NCBI GenBank assembly: GCA_013152955.1
Contig: JAADFJ010000083.1
Coordinates: 1-52,354, forward strand
Source: Campylobacterota bacterium
GTDB taxonomy: Bacteria; Campylobacterota_A; Desulfurellia; JAADFJ01
Direction of reading: 5' to 3'
Length of the DNA: 52,354 bases
Positions 1 through 7,955 of the stretch are shown here, piece by piece. Positions within the stretch are counted from its first letter, which is position 1, and every line of letters starts with the position of its first letter. The notes beneath the pieces were generated by a model. The model had not been told where the DNA came from. It saw only the letters and a program-made list of their open reading frames with translations, and did not search any database. Made by a program: the position numbers and the translations under genes.

Positions 1-90
1 GTTAACAGACGCACTTGCTCCTTCAGCTGTTACACTCATGCCGCACACCGGATCAATTGTTGTACCTTTCATTTTTTCCATTCCTTTCAT
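1..90 (-). CDS. YHS/TRASH-domain metal-binding protein, N-terminal 30 codons only (continues past left edge)
   Basis: Minus-strand ATG at 88-90 lies 8 nt after AGGAGG (revcomp of 99-104). It translates MKGMEKMKGTTIDPVCGMSVTAEGASASVN. DPVCGM is the same signature seen in 128..466 and at the CopA N-terminus. Confidence 0.6.
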   Translation of the reverse strand, partial: MKGMEKMKGTTIDPVCGMSVTAEGASASVN

Positions 91-127
91 TTCTCTATCC
101 TCCTTAAAATTTGTTATCATTGCAGCT

Positions 128-466
128 CTAACAGCATCCGCCGCGCCGCCTTCCATGTTTTTTCATACTGCTCATGTTCATATTTTGAGAATTACCGGAT
201 TGCTTAATATATTTTTCCGGACTTCCGTTAAATTTATCAATACAGCTTTGAGAGCAGAAATAATACTTCTCTCCGTTATAATTCGTAGTTACTTTTGCGT
301 CATCGGGCGATACCCACATGCTGCAAACAGGATCTCTGTATTTAATGCTGCTCACCCCTTTCAGTTCTTTGTTCTCTGCAGAACTTTTGTTCATCATTGT
401 TTTGTTTGTCTGCATCCGCTCATCCTTCACAAACAACAATCCACTTATACTGCTCAATATTCCCAT
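128..466 (-). CDS. YHS/TRASH-domain protein (putative copper-binding), C-terminus ends ...GGCC
   Basis: The 112-aa ORF contains DPVCSMWV...GEKYYFCSQSCIDKF, the YHS pattern. GGAGG precedes the ATG. It lies in tandem with another YHS gene, and its promoter/operator resembles that of copA. Confidence 0.75.
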   Translation of the reverse strand: MGILSSISGLLFVKDERMQTNKTMMNKSSAENKELKGVSSIKYRDPVCSMWVSPDDAKVTTNYNGEKYYFCSQSCIDKFNGSPEKYIKQSGNSQNMNMSSMKKHGRRRGGCC

Positions 467-502
467 AAAAAACCTCCGAAAATAAACTATATCTTCAATT
501 TA

Positions 503-563
503 ATCCCCCCTATTGGGGGGATGTCCTATAAAGAAAAGATACTGCCTCAATATCATAAGTCAA
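503..563 (-). promoter_or_regulatory. Sigma70-like promoter (TTGACT-16-TATCTT) followed by palindrome ATCCCCCC-N4-GGGGGGAT (503-522)
   Basis: On the minus strand, -35 is the revcomp of 558-563 and -10 is the revcomp of 536-541. The 8+4+8 palindrome sits between -10 and the RBS of 128..466. The same architecture is found upstream of copA (7426-7479). Confidence 0.5.
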
Positions 564-663
564 GGAAAAATTTTTGTAATCAGTGCCTCGATCGGAAGAT
601 ATTCGGAAGGGTTACGCCAGTTATTCGGACCTATAACCTTTCTAAAAACTATGCCTCTTTTAT

Positions 664-1131
664 CTATAATATAATGTAGGTTTCAGGGACGCCGGTAGTT
701 TTGTATCTGTTTTTTACCTTTCCTTTGGTATCAAGCGGAACCGGAAATGACAAATTGAGCTTTTTCATATACTTAAACACAATGTCGGGAACAGCTGCCG
801 TATCCACATTAACAGCCCACATTACAAACTTACCCGGATATTTTTTCATAAGTCTGTCATAAAGCCATTGCATTGCCGGCATCTCCTCTTTACATGCCGG
901 ACACCATGTTGCCCAAAAGTTTATAAACACTACTTTGCCTTGTTCTTTCGCAAGATCGGCTTTTCCTCCCTCAAGCAGCGGAAGAACAAATTCCGGTGCT
1001 CTATCACCTTCTACCACCGGTTTATACTCACCATCGGTACTTCTGTTTGCGACCACATATGCAACCACAGCGGCAACAAACAAAACAGCCAGCAGCTTAC
1101 TTATAATCCCTTTAATATTTTTCTTGTTCAT
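664..1131 (-). CDS. TlpA/ResA-family thiol:disulfide oxidoreductase, copy 1; C-terminus truncated by a frameshift
   Basis: It has an N-terminal TM helix, the FWATWCPACKEEMP (CxxC) motif and the GVPETY cis-Pro loop. Its paralogue 7956..8504 continues about 33 aa further. Here those residues are encoded in another frame (560-664). Confidence 0.8.
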   Translation of the reverse strand: MNKKNIKGIISKLLAVLFVAAVVAYVVANRSTDGEYKPVVEGDRAPEFVLPLLEGGKADLAKEQGKVVFINFWATWCPACKEEMPAMQWLYDRLMKKYPGKFVMWAVNVDTAAVPDIVFKYMKKLNLSFPVPLDTKGKVKNRYKTTGVPETYIIL

Positions 1132-1144
1132 AATATGCTCCTTT

Positions 1145-1978
1145 TCATTGAGCCGTTTCCGAATACGCGTGAAGTCCCGGCAGGATAAATGCGACTCCCC
1201 AATACAAAAATGCCATCGAAAGAAATCCTACGATGGAAAGAAGCGCCGCCTTTTTGCCTTTCCACCCCCTTGCCACTCTTGCATGAAGATAAGCGGCATA
1301 AATCAACCATGTAATGAGCGACCAGGTTTCCTTTGGATCCCAGCTCCAATAGGATCCCCATGTAATATTCGCCCATACTCCGCCAGTTACTATACCAATA
1401 GTTAAAAAGGGCAATCCCCACCATGAAATAGCTTTATAGCTCAGATTATCCAGAGACGAAACATCCGGAATAGCTTCAAAAACAGCAATATTACTCCATT
1501 TTGATTTCGCAAGATATAAAAGAGCTGCTATAAAAGAGATTGCAAACGCCGCATATCCGATAAATGATGTTGAAACATGCACCTCCAGCCAATAAGACTG
1601 CAGAACAGGGTTAAGATATGCATATACTTTATATCTGAACGGCAAGAGATTTGTTACGAAAAAGCTTATAACTATCAAAAACGACACAAATACCCCTACC
1701 GATTTGGTTTTATAACGAAATTCAAGCCACAGATAGGCTGCTGCGAGCAACGCTGTAAAGAATACCATTGATTCATACAGGTTGCTGAACGGGACATGGT
1801 GTATTTCAATCGCTCTTACTATCAGTGTTGCCACATTGGATAAAAATCCTATAAAAAACAGAAGCGTTCCGGTATATCCAAACCATTCTTTCTTAAATAA
1901 AAAATAGATCAGATAAGATATCGCAGCGGCTATATAAAATCCAAATGTTATATCAAAAAATAAAAGCGATAATATCAT
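1145..1978 (-). CDS. ccsA: Cytochrome c biogenesis protein CcsA/ResC (System II), copy 1
   Basis: Polytopic membrane protein with the Trp-rich WGSYWSWDPKETW (WWD) motif. I chose the start MILSLLFFD by alignment with copy 2; it overlaps the ccsB stop as ATGA (1975-1978). The ORF track gives an upstream alternative at 1996. Confidence 0.85.
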   Translation of the reverse strand: MILSLLFFDITFGFYIAAAISYLIYFLFKKEWFGYTGTLLFFIGFLSNVATLIVRAIEIHHVPFSNLYESMVFFTALLAAAYLWLEFRYKTKSVGVFVSFLIVISFFVTNLLPFRYKVYAYLNPVLQSYWLEVHVSTSFIGYAAFAISFIAALLYLAKSKWSNIAVFEAIPDVSSLDNLSYKAISWWGLPFLTIGIVTGGVWANITWGSYWSWDPKETWSLITWLIYAAYLHARVARGWKGKKAALLSIVGFLSMAFLYWGVAFILPGLHAYSETAQ

Positions 1979-3330
1979 GTTTCCTCCCTTAGACAATCTT
2001 TGATTTCCTTGCTGATTCTTTCAAATTCTCTCGTAAACGAATCTTTATGTTTATATGAATTGCCGGATAAAATAAGTCTCTCGGCGTCACTATCGACATC
2101 TATATGGATCCTTCTATAATAAAGATAAAACGATAGCATAAAACCGATTATCATAATTATAGATCCAAACCAAATCAAATTTGCACCCGGATTATATGCA
2201 TATCGAAAATTGACAAAATAAATAGGATTAATTGAATAAGCAACAACCGCCATATCTCCTTTAAATTCATTAATCGAATCACCTGGATATTTTATAAATT
2301 CCCAATCAAAAGAGTTTGGAGCTCCTTTAACCTGTATTCTAACGGCAGGATTGTTATACTCGATTGATTTTGTGGTAATACGCCCGCTAACTTTGTCAAA
2401 ATAAAAATCAGGCACAAAATCGACAACCTTTACACTGTATGGACCTATTTTAGTCCATCTGTTCCATTCGGCCGTAATAGAATTTCCTACAACCTTCTGC
2501 GTTCTTTTGTCATAAAGCAGCAAAACAACGCTTTTAACTCTGTCGTATGATTTTTCATGATATTCATGAAAAAATCTGAAGCCTCCGTAGTCCAGCTTAT
2601 TGTCATGATTGAGCAGCTGCTTGTATACAACCTTGCCATTTTTTATAAAAGAGATCATCGTGTTATACTGTTTATAGCTGCCATCTGGCCAGTAATCTAT
2701 CCAGAAACGATCAAGCTTCATAACAGTATTGATTTCGGGTATTTTCTTGCTGTATCCGGCATCGATGGTAACAAAATTAACAAAATTTTTGTACGAATAG
2801 AGAGCTCCTATAAGTCCTCCCAACAAAATAATCAGTATAGACAGATGAACAACAACCATACCGAATCTGCTTAACACCCCTTTGTGGGCAAATAACGACC
2901 CGTCCGCAAGCTTATAAATCTTATAATGATGAGATTTCAGTATGCCAGATGATTGTATTATTGCGTCATATCGATTTCCGACAGAAACGCTCTCGCTGAA
3001 TTTCGGGTTGATATGAAATTTTTTTGGAACGGCAGTGCTTCTGACAATGGATGGTATTTTCAGTAATGTTGCATATATAAGATTTATAACCAAGAGAACG
3101 GTTGGGACAACCATCCAAAGCGATCCGTATATCTTGTTGATTGATAACTTTAAAATCCATTCGGCTGCCTCCGCTCCATACAGTTTGTCATAATACTGAG
3201 GCAGCTTGCCCTGCTCAACAACGGTGCCAACGATTGCAATCACCGCTATTATAAGCAGGAGGACAATTCCAAATCTTATTGATGAAAACAGGTCTTTCAA
3301 AAATTTTGCGATAACTCTTGCTGCATTCAT
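1975..3330 (-). CDS. ccsB: Cytochrome c biogenesis protein CcsB/ResB (System II), copy 1
   Basis: The 451-aa protein has an N-terminal TM pair, a large soluble domain and a C-terminal TM. It is collinear with its paralogue 9325..10665 and translationally coupled to ccsA. Confidence 0.8.
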   Translation of the reverse strand: MNAARVIAKFLKDLFSSIRFGIVLLLIIAVIAIVGTVVEQGKLPQYYDKLYGAEAAEWILKLSINKIYGSLWMVVPTVLLVINLIYATLLKIPSIVRSTAVPKKFHINPKFSESVSVGNRYDAIIQSSGILKSHHYKIYKLADGSLFAHKGVLSRFGMVVVHLSILIILLGGLIGALYSYKNFVNFVTIDAGYSKKIPEINTVMKLDRFWIDYWPDGSYKQYNTMISFIKNGKVVYKQLLNHDNKLDYGGFRFFHEYHEKSYDRVKSVVLLLYDKRTQKVVGNSITAEWNRWTKIGPYSVKVVDFVPDFYFDKVSGRITTKSIEYNNPAVRIQVKGAPNSFDWEFIKYPGDSINEFKGDMAVVAYSINPIYFVNFRYAYNPGANLIWFGSIIMIIGFMLSFYLYYRRIHIDVDSDAERLILSGNSYKHKDSFTREFERISKEIKDCLREET

Positions 3331-3367
3331 CGTTAATCCGTCTTCTTAATTCGTTTAAAATAATTTT

Positions 3368-3392
3368 CTGTTGTTAGTGCAATAAATAAGAC
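3368..3392 (+). repeat. Orphan terminus of the GAGACC...CAATAAAC element family
   Basis: CTGTTGTTAGTGCAATAAATAAGAC resembles the L end of copy b (GAGACTGTTGTGCAATAAACAT). No partner end is visible nearby. Confidence 0.4.
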
Positions 3393-3490
3393 TTCTTTTT
3401 TTGGCATAAAATACCCCTCAATCGTATTGAGTAACAAAGTTACTTGATAAGGTAAGCAAACTTTGTTCCCATATAATTTTATAAAATGAT

Positions 3491-3736
3491 GCGGACGCTG
3501 CATAATAGACATATCCTCAGAAACTAAAGAAAAGGGGGAGATTTAGAAATTAGAATTTGAGGCGCCAACTGGTTAGTTTGAAAATTTTAATTTCCTGAAG
3601 ATTACCCTTTATTCGGCTTCTCTGCTGGCCCTATGAGAGTTCCGGTATGTTTACGCTTAATCTGTTGGTGCCTCGGAAGTTTGCCTTGACTATACCCCAC
3701 AAAAAACTGCAAATGTGCCTATTGTACAGTGATCTC
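3491..3736 (-). mobile_element. MITE-like element, copy a (degenerate termini)
   Basis: Termini are GCGGACGCTGCATAATAGAC ... CCTATTGTACAGTGATCTC. The interior aligns with the reverse complement of copy e, for example CAGAAACTAAAGAAAAGGGGGAGATTTAGAAATTAGAATTTGAGG and GGTTAGTTTGAAAATTTTAATTTCCTGAAGATTACCC. It contains no credible ORF. Confidence 0.75.
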
Positions 3737-3759
3737 ACAATACAAAACATAAAATAGGA

Positions 3760-3786
3760 TTGTCGAAATGCCGACGCTTTTGTCGG
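3760..3786 (+). repeat. Two TTGTCGR direct repeats spaced 20 bp (third copy at 3855-3861)
   Basis: TTGTCGA is at 3760-3766 and TTGTCGG at 3780-3786. The same motif with the same 20-bp spacing recurs at 11967/11987, upstream of the paralogous ccs operon. Confidence 0.35.
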
Positions 3787-3865
3787 TCAACCGTATGCAA
3801 TCTATGTCTACAGGACCAAGTACGCGAAAATATATGTATGTATATTGTTAACGCTTGTCGGAATA

Positions 3866-4381
3866 TTACCTGGATTCATGTTTTAACACCGTTTCGATAG
3901 AAGATCTATCAGCCCCGACAACGCGATAGCCGTCAATAAATAGTGTCGGCGTTCCGCTAACATTAAATTTTCTTCCTTCGGATATATCCTTGTCTATTAT
4001 TCTTTTTACTTCTTTAGATTTTATAAGATTTCTTATTCTCTGGCTTTGCTTTTCAAGATCATTGTCCTTCAGTATTTCGTTTATTATGTTCCCATTGCTT
4101 TCATTGTTGCCAAACTTTCTGTGCTTAAACAGATAGCCGTTTAATTTCTTACCTGTTGCTATTCTGACCGCTTCATATATTTCTGCGACTATCATCCCTT
4201 TTTTGTGAACCACAAAATGCTTATCGTATACCGCAACATCATATTTTGCGGGCAGATTAACAAGATACGGCCATAAACGTTTACAATACATACACTCGTA
4301 ATCACTAAACATTATAATCTTTATTTTGGCGTCCTTTTTCCCCAGTATTCTATTATACTCTCCGTAACTGAAATTAGACAA
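3866..4381 (-). CDS. DsbA/DsbC-type thioredoxin-fold domain (CMYC active site); probable 3' part of a frameshifted gene
   Basis: IIMFSDYECMYCKRLWP and GTPTLFIDG are typical of DsbA-like domains. The ORF track start is TTG, not ATG, and there is no signal peptide. The upstream ORF 4321..4719 supplies a signal peptide and a DsbC/G-like N-domain. Confidence 0.7.
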   Translation of the reverse strand: MSNFSYGEYNRILGKKDAKIKIIMFSDYECMYCKRLWPYLVNLPAKYDVAVYDKHFVVHKKGMIVAEIYEAVRIATGKKLNGYLFKHRKFGNNESNGNIINEILKDNDLEKQSQRIRNLIKSKEVKRIIDKDISEGRKFNVSGTPTLFIDGYRVVGADRSSIETVLKHESR

Positions 4382-4719
4382 AGAGACAAAGGCACCTTAT
4401 TCCGAACAGTCTCATTTCTTTTAAGCAGGTTATGACCGTTTTTTACACTGAAAAGTGCGGGTATAATAAGTTTTCCATTTGTCAGATAAACTCTTCTCGT
4501 ATTTTTTATCGTTACAACCACTTTTCTGAATCCTAAAAGACTATAAGGCTCATCTTTTATCAGTTTGACCTTGATCGACGGATCTCTCTTATCTAAAAGC
4601 GATTGAAAATCGTTGACAAATTCTGCTGCAGCCTTGCTTGCCGCATAGCTGTTGTTACTAACTATCAAAAATAAAGCCGCAAAAACAAAGACTTTTCCGA
4701 ATCTACCGATTGTTCCCAT
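4321..4719 (-). CDS. Signal peptide plus DsbC/DsbG-like N-terminal domain; probable 5' part of the same frameshifted gene
   Basis: MGTIGRFGKVFVFAALFLIVSNNSYA is a signal peptide. The frame is lost at the tandem 8-mer TTTGTCTC/TTTGTCTA (revcomp of 4375-4390). Deleting one unit fuses it in frame to 3866..4381. Confidence 0.6.
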   Translation of the reverse strand: MGTIGRFGKVFVFAALFLIVSNNSYAASKAAAEFVNDFQSLLDKRDPSIKVKLIKDEPYSLLGFRKVVVTIKNTRRVYLTNGKLIIPALFSVKNGHNLLKRNETVRNKVPLSLCLISVTESIIEYWGKRTPK

Positions 4720-4755
4720 TTATTCCTCCAATTTTTTTATTTCGTTTCAAGAAAC

Positions 4756-4810
4756 CACCGCACAGTAAACATGTTTACAGAAGCCGTGAATATGTTTACT
4801 GTGCAGGGTG
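4756..4810. repeat. Miniature derivative of the element family: two termini about 20 bp apart
   Basis: CACCGCACAGTAAACAT ... ATGTTTACTGTGCAGGGTG has a 13-bp perfect inverted core. The spacer contains CACAGAAGCCG, as at the R end of copy c. Confidence 0.5.
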
Positions 4811-4851
4811 CCATAATGGCAAATATCATCAGAAAATTTTTCAGGAATTTT

Positions 4852-4930
4852 GTTGAAATACCCTGTCGCAAGCGGCGGGATATTTCAACTTCTTTATTCG
4901 GTACATTCCTCGCTGCAAGCGGCGAGGAAT
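4852..4930. repeat. Two tandem hairpin repeats sharing the centre CGC(T)GCAAGCGGCG
   Basis: The hairpins are GTTGAAATACCC-[TGTCGCAAGCGGC]-GGGATATTTCAAC (4852-4889) and ATTCCTCGC-[TGCAAGCG]-GCGAGGAAT (4905-4930). They lie directly downstream of the copA stop. No U-tract follows on the minus strand. Confidence 0.5.
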
Positions 4931-4946
4931 TAGACCTTAAAAGTGA

Positions 4947-7400
4947 TTAAATCTTTATCTTCCTCAATCTCAATGCATTGGTTATTACAGTAACAGAGCT
5001 AAAACTCATCGCTACAGCCGCGAAAATAGGACTCAGTAAAATTCCAAAAAACGGGTAAAGAACGCCGGCGGCAACGGGAACTCCGAGAGAATTATAAGCC
5101 AATGCCCAAAAAAGATTCTGCTTAATGTTTCTCATTGTTGCTCTGCTCAACCGACGCGCTCTCAAAATACCTCTCAAATCGCCCTTTACTAGTGTTACAC
5201 TGGCACTTTCCATTGCCACATCGGTGCCTGTTCCCATCGCAATGCCAACGTCAGCAGCCGCCAAAGCCGGAGCGTCGTTGATGCCGTCACCGGCCATCGC
5301 TACCACTCTTCCTTCTCCCTGAAGTCTTTTGACAGCATCCGCTTTTTGGTCAGGCAGAACTTCCGCTATTACCTCATCAATTGCAAGCTTATCTGCCACA
5401 GCCTTAGCTGTTATTTTGCTGTCTCCGGTAAGCATAACAATACGAAGTCCTTCTTTGCGCAATTCCTTTATTGCTTCGGCGGTTGTTTTCTTTATAGGGT
5501 CGGCAACACCAATCAACCCTGCAGGTTTATTATCCACGCTTATATAAATCACGGTCTGGCCTTCCAATTTCATTCTGTTCGCCTTATCAATCAGAGTAGA
5601 TAAATCTATTCCTTCTTTTTCAAACAATCTGATATTTCCAAAAGCAACATCGTGCCCTCCAACCTTCCCGATTACTCCTTTTCCGGTTACTGCATCAAAA
5701 TTATCAACCTTTATAATATCTATTCCTCTCTCTTCGGCTCCTTTTAATATTGCCGATGCAAGAGGATGCTCGCTTGCCTGTTCAAGGCTCGCGGCATATT
5801 TAATAACATCGTTCTCGCTGAACCCATTGACCGTATAGATACCGGCAATCTTCGGTTTTCCTTCCGTAATTGTTCCTGTTTTATCCACAACAATGGTGTC
5901 AACCTTTTTCAGCACTTCAATAGCCTCTGCATTTTTGAAAAGAACTCCCATAGAAGCCCCTCTACCCGTTGCCACCATAATAGACATAGGCGTTGCAAGT
6001 CCAAAAGCACATGGACATGCAATAATAAGAACTGCAACTGCGTTGATCATTGCATATATCAATGCAGGCGTTGGACCGAACAGTGCCCACACGACGAAAG
6101 TCACAACGGCTACAGTAAGTACCGCCTCAACAAAATGAGAAGCAACAATGTCTGCAAGCTTCTGAATAGGAGCCCTGCTTCTTTGAGCTTCCGCCACCAT
6201 CTGAACTATCTGAGACAACATAGAATCTGCGCCAACCCTTTCCGCTTTAATAATCATTGTACCGGTTCCATTGACCGTAGCACCTATAACCTTATCGTCC
6301 TTTGTCTTTTCAACAGGTATAGGTTCACCAGTCAGCATAGATTCATCAACTACACTTGAGCCGTCCATTACAACGCCGTCAACAGGAATCTTTTCACCCG
6401 GTCTGATTCTAAGCAAATATCCCGACTCAACATCTTCAATAGGAATATCCTGCTCCTTACCGTCTATTACACGTCTTGCGGTTTTGGGTGCAAGTCCCAA
6501 GAGAGCCTTGATCGCAGCACCTGTTTTGCCTCGCGCCCTCAGTTCCATAACCTGTCCCAGCAGAACAAGGGTAACTATAACCGAAGCCGTTTCGAAATAA
6601 ACTCCTACTTCTCCGGTACCGGTTCTAAATTCACCCAAAAAAATATCCGGGAAAAACATTGCAACAACGCTATAAAGATATGCAACTCCTACACCGCTTC
6701 CAATCAGTGTAAACATATTTAGATTCCAATGCCTGATTGATTGCCAGAAAAGTACAAAAAACGGCCATCCTCCCCAAATTACAACGGGTGTGGCAAGAAT
6801 AAATTCAGCCCATTTCAGCCATTCCAGAACTTCCGGAGAAGCTGAGGCAAGAATTGAGGAGATGACGGGAATAAGTCTGCCCATTGCTATAATAAGAACA
6901 GGTATCGTAAGAATAGCGCTTATTTTAAGTCTGCGGGTCATATTGATAAGCTCCGGATTCTCCTCTTCTTCGGCACTGACGGTTTTTGATTCAAGCGCCA
7001 TGCCGCATTTAGGACAACTGCCGGGCTTATCCTGAACGATTTCCGGATGCATAGGGCAGGTCCATTCGGTTTTTGCAGCAGACAGTTTAGGAACAAGAGG
7101 CTCAAGCGCCATGCCGCACTTAGGACACGAACCGGGACCTTTCTGTCTTATTTCCGGATGCATAGGGCAAGTATAGATCTCTTTAGAGAGAACTTTGGCA
7201 GCAGGAGCGGTACCAATATCACAAACCTCACAACTTTCATCCGTCGATTCGGTTTTGACAACAAACAATTCGGGGTTTTTTACAAACTTGTCATGACAGC
7301 TGGCTGCACAAAAATAGTATTTTTTACCTTTATATGTTTCACTTGCCGCCGCATCGGATTCTTCGATGCTCATGCCGCATACAGGATCTACAACTTTCAT
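4947..7400 (-). CDS. copA: Copper-translocating P1B-type ATPase with N-terminal YHS domain and two CPMHPE...CPKCGM metal-binding repeats
   Basis: Motifs present are DPVCGM...[12 protein letters not shown], two copies of [19 protein letters not shown], the CPC transmembrane motif ([12 protein letters not shown]), DKTGTIT, TGD and [17 protein letters not shown]. Confidence 0.92.
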   Translation of the reverse strand: MKVVDPVCGMSIEESDAAASETYKGKKYYFCAASCHDKFVKNPELFVVKTESTDESCEVCDIGTAPAAKVLSKEIYTCPMHPEIRQKGPGSCPKCGMALEPLVPKLSAAKTEWTCPMHPEIVQDKPGSCPKCGMALESKTVSAEEEENPELINMTRRLKISAILTIPVLIIAMGRLIPVISSILASASPEVLEWLKWAEFILATPVVIWGGWPFFVLFWQSIRHWNLNMFTLIGSGVGVAYLYSVVAMFFPDIFLGEFRTGTGEVGVYFETASVIVTLVLLGQVMELRARGKTGAAIKALLGLAPKTARRVIDGKEQDIPIEDVESGYLLRIRPGEKIPVDGVVMDGSSVVDESMLTGEPIPVEKTKDDKVIGATVNGTGTMIIKAERVGADSMLSQIVQMVAEAQRSRAPIQKLADIVASHFVEAVLTVAVVTFVVWALFGPTPALIYAMINAVAVLIIACPCAFGLATPMSIMVATGRGASMGVLFKNAEAIEVLKKVDTIVVDKTGTITEGKPKIAGIYTVNGFSENDVIKYAASLEQASEHPLASAILKGAEERGIDIIKVDNFDAVTGKGVIGKVGGHDVAFGNIRLFEKEGIDLSTLIDKANRMKLEGQTVIYISVDNKPAGLIGVADPIKKTTAEAIKELRKEGLRIVMLTGDSKITAKAVADKLAIDEVIAEVLPDQKADAVKRLQGEGRVVAMAGDGINDAPALAAADVGIAMGTGTDVAMESASVTLVKGDLRGILRARRLSRATMRNIKQNLFWALAYNSLGVPVAAGVLYPFFGILLSPIFAAVAMSFSSVTVITNALRLRKIKI

Positions 7401-7425
7401 ATTCTTCCTCCATTTATTAGATACT

Positions 7426-7479
7426 ATCCCCCCATAAGGGGGGTGTTGAAAAGAATAACTCTTTCTTTCAATAAATCAA
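7426..7479 (-). promoter_or_regulatory. copA promoter (TTGATT-16-TATTCT) followed by palindrome (A)CCCCCC-N4-GGGGGGAT (7426-7444)
   Basis: On the minus strand, -35 is the revcomp of 7474-7479 and -10 is the revcomp of 7452-7457. The C6/G6 palindrome sits between -10 and the RBS, mirroring the site at 503-522. Confidence 0.5.
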
Positions 7480-7524
7480 GGCTATTTTGAAAAAATTATT
7501 TCATTTTAAAAAGACTGTCCTAAT

Positions 7525-7925
7525 GAGACTGTTGTGCAATAAACATATTCACAGTTTTTTATAAGTTTTCTATAGGATGACTTTGTTAATTCCAAGTATT
7601 TCAAAAAAGTCCAAATAGGTCTTATCAAGACGTAAATTACAGGTAACGACAGAGTTATTGTTAAAATTGTACGTAGAAGAAACCTGTCTGCGTGCGAATT
7701 TGATTGAGACTCAGGATGATCGTTTACGGGTTGCGTCCTTATTCTTAATATACCAAGACAACACCGGCGGAAATATTGCCGCCCAACCGGTAGAGCAGTT
7801 GCAGAAAGTATTGTCCGAAACGTCAAAACCCTGCCGCTGAGATTTGCCCCGAATGCGCAAAGGCAAGTTACCGAATCTCGCCCTTTCTTTGACTTCTGTG
7901 TGTCTGTTTGCTGTGCAGTGGTCTC
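7525..7925 (+). mobile_element. MITE-like element, copy b (long variant, about 400 bp)
   Basis: Termini are GAGACTGTTGTGCAATAAACA ... TGTTTGCTGTGCAGTGGTCTC. About 45 bp at each end match copy e, including CCCTTTCTTTGACTTCTGTG. The central ~300 bp is unrelated to the other copies. ORFs inside it look non-coding. Confidence 0.75.
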
Positions 7926-7955
7926 GGATATAACAAAGGATTCTGTTTTGCAGCT

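Noticed and set aside
38-679. 213-aa plus-strand ORF
   Set aside because: It runs antisense across two well-supported YHS genes and their promoter. It has no RBS and a hydrophobic/low-complexity translation, so it is a shadow ORF.
660-680. Programmed ribosomal frameshift in the ResA-like gene
   Set aside because: There is no X-XXY-YYZ slippery site or downstream structure. A perfect 5-bp tandem duplication explains the shift more simply.
3594-3640. Hammerhead-like CUGAAGA box in the elements
   Set aside because: The downstream sequence lacks the GAAA box. The required stem II/III arrangement is also missing; in copy c the candidate stem II is followed by UUUCC.
5125-7490. Series of plus-strand ORFs (e.g. 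5766..6359, 6271..6600, 7047..7490)
   Set aside because: All are antisense to copA, whose motifs are unambiguous. They are typical shadow frames.
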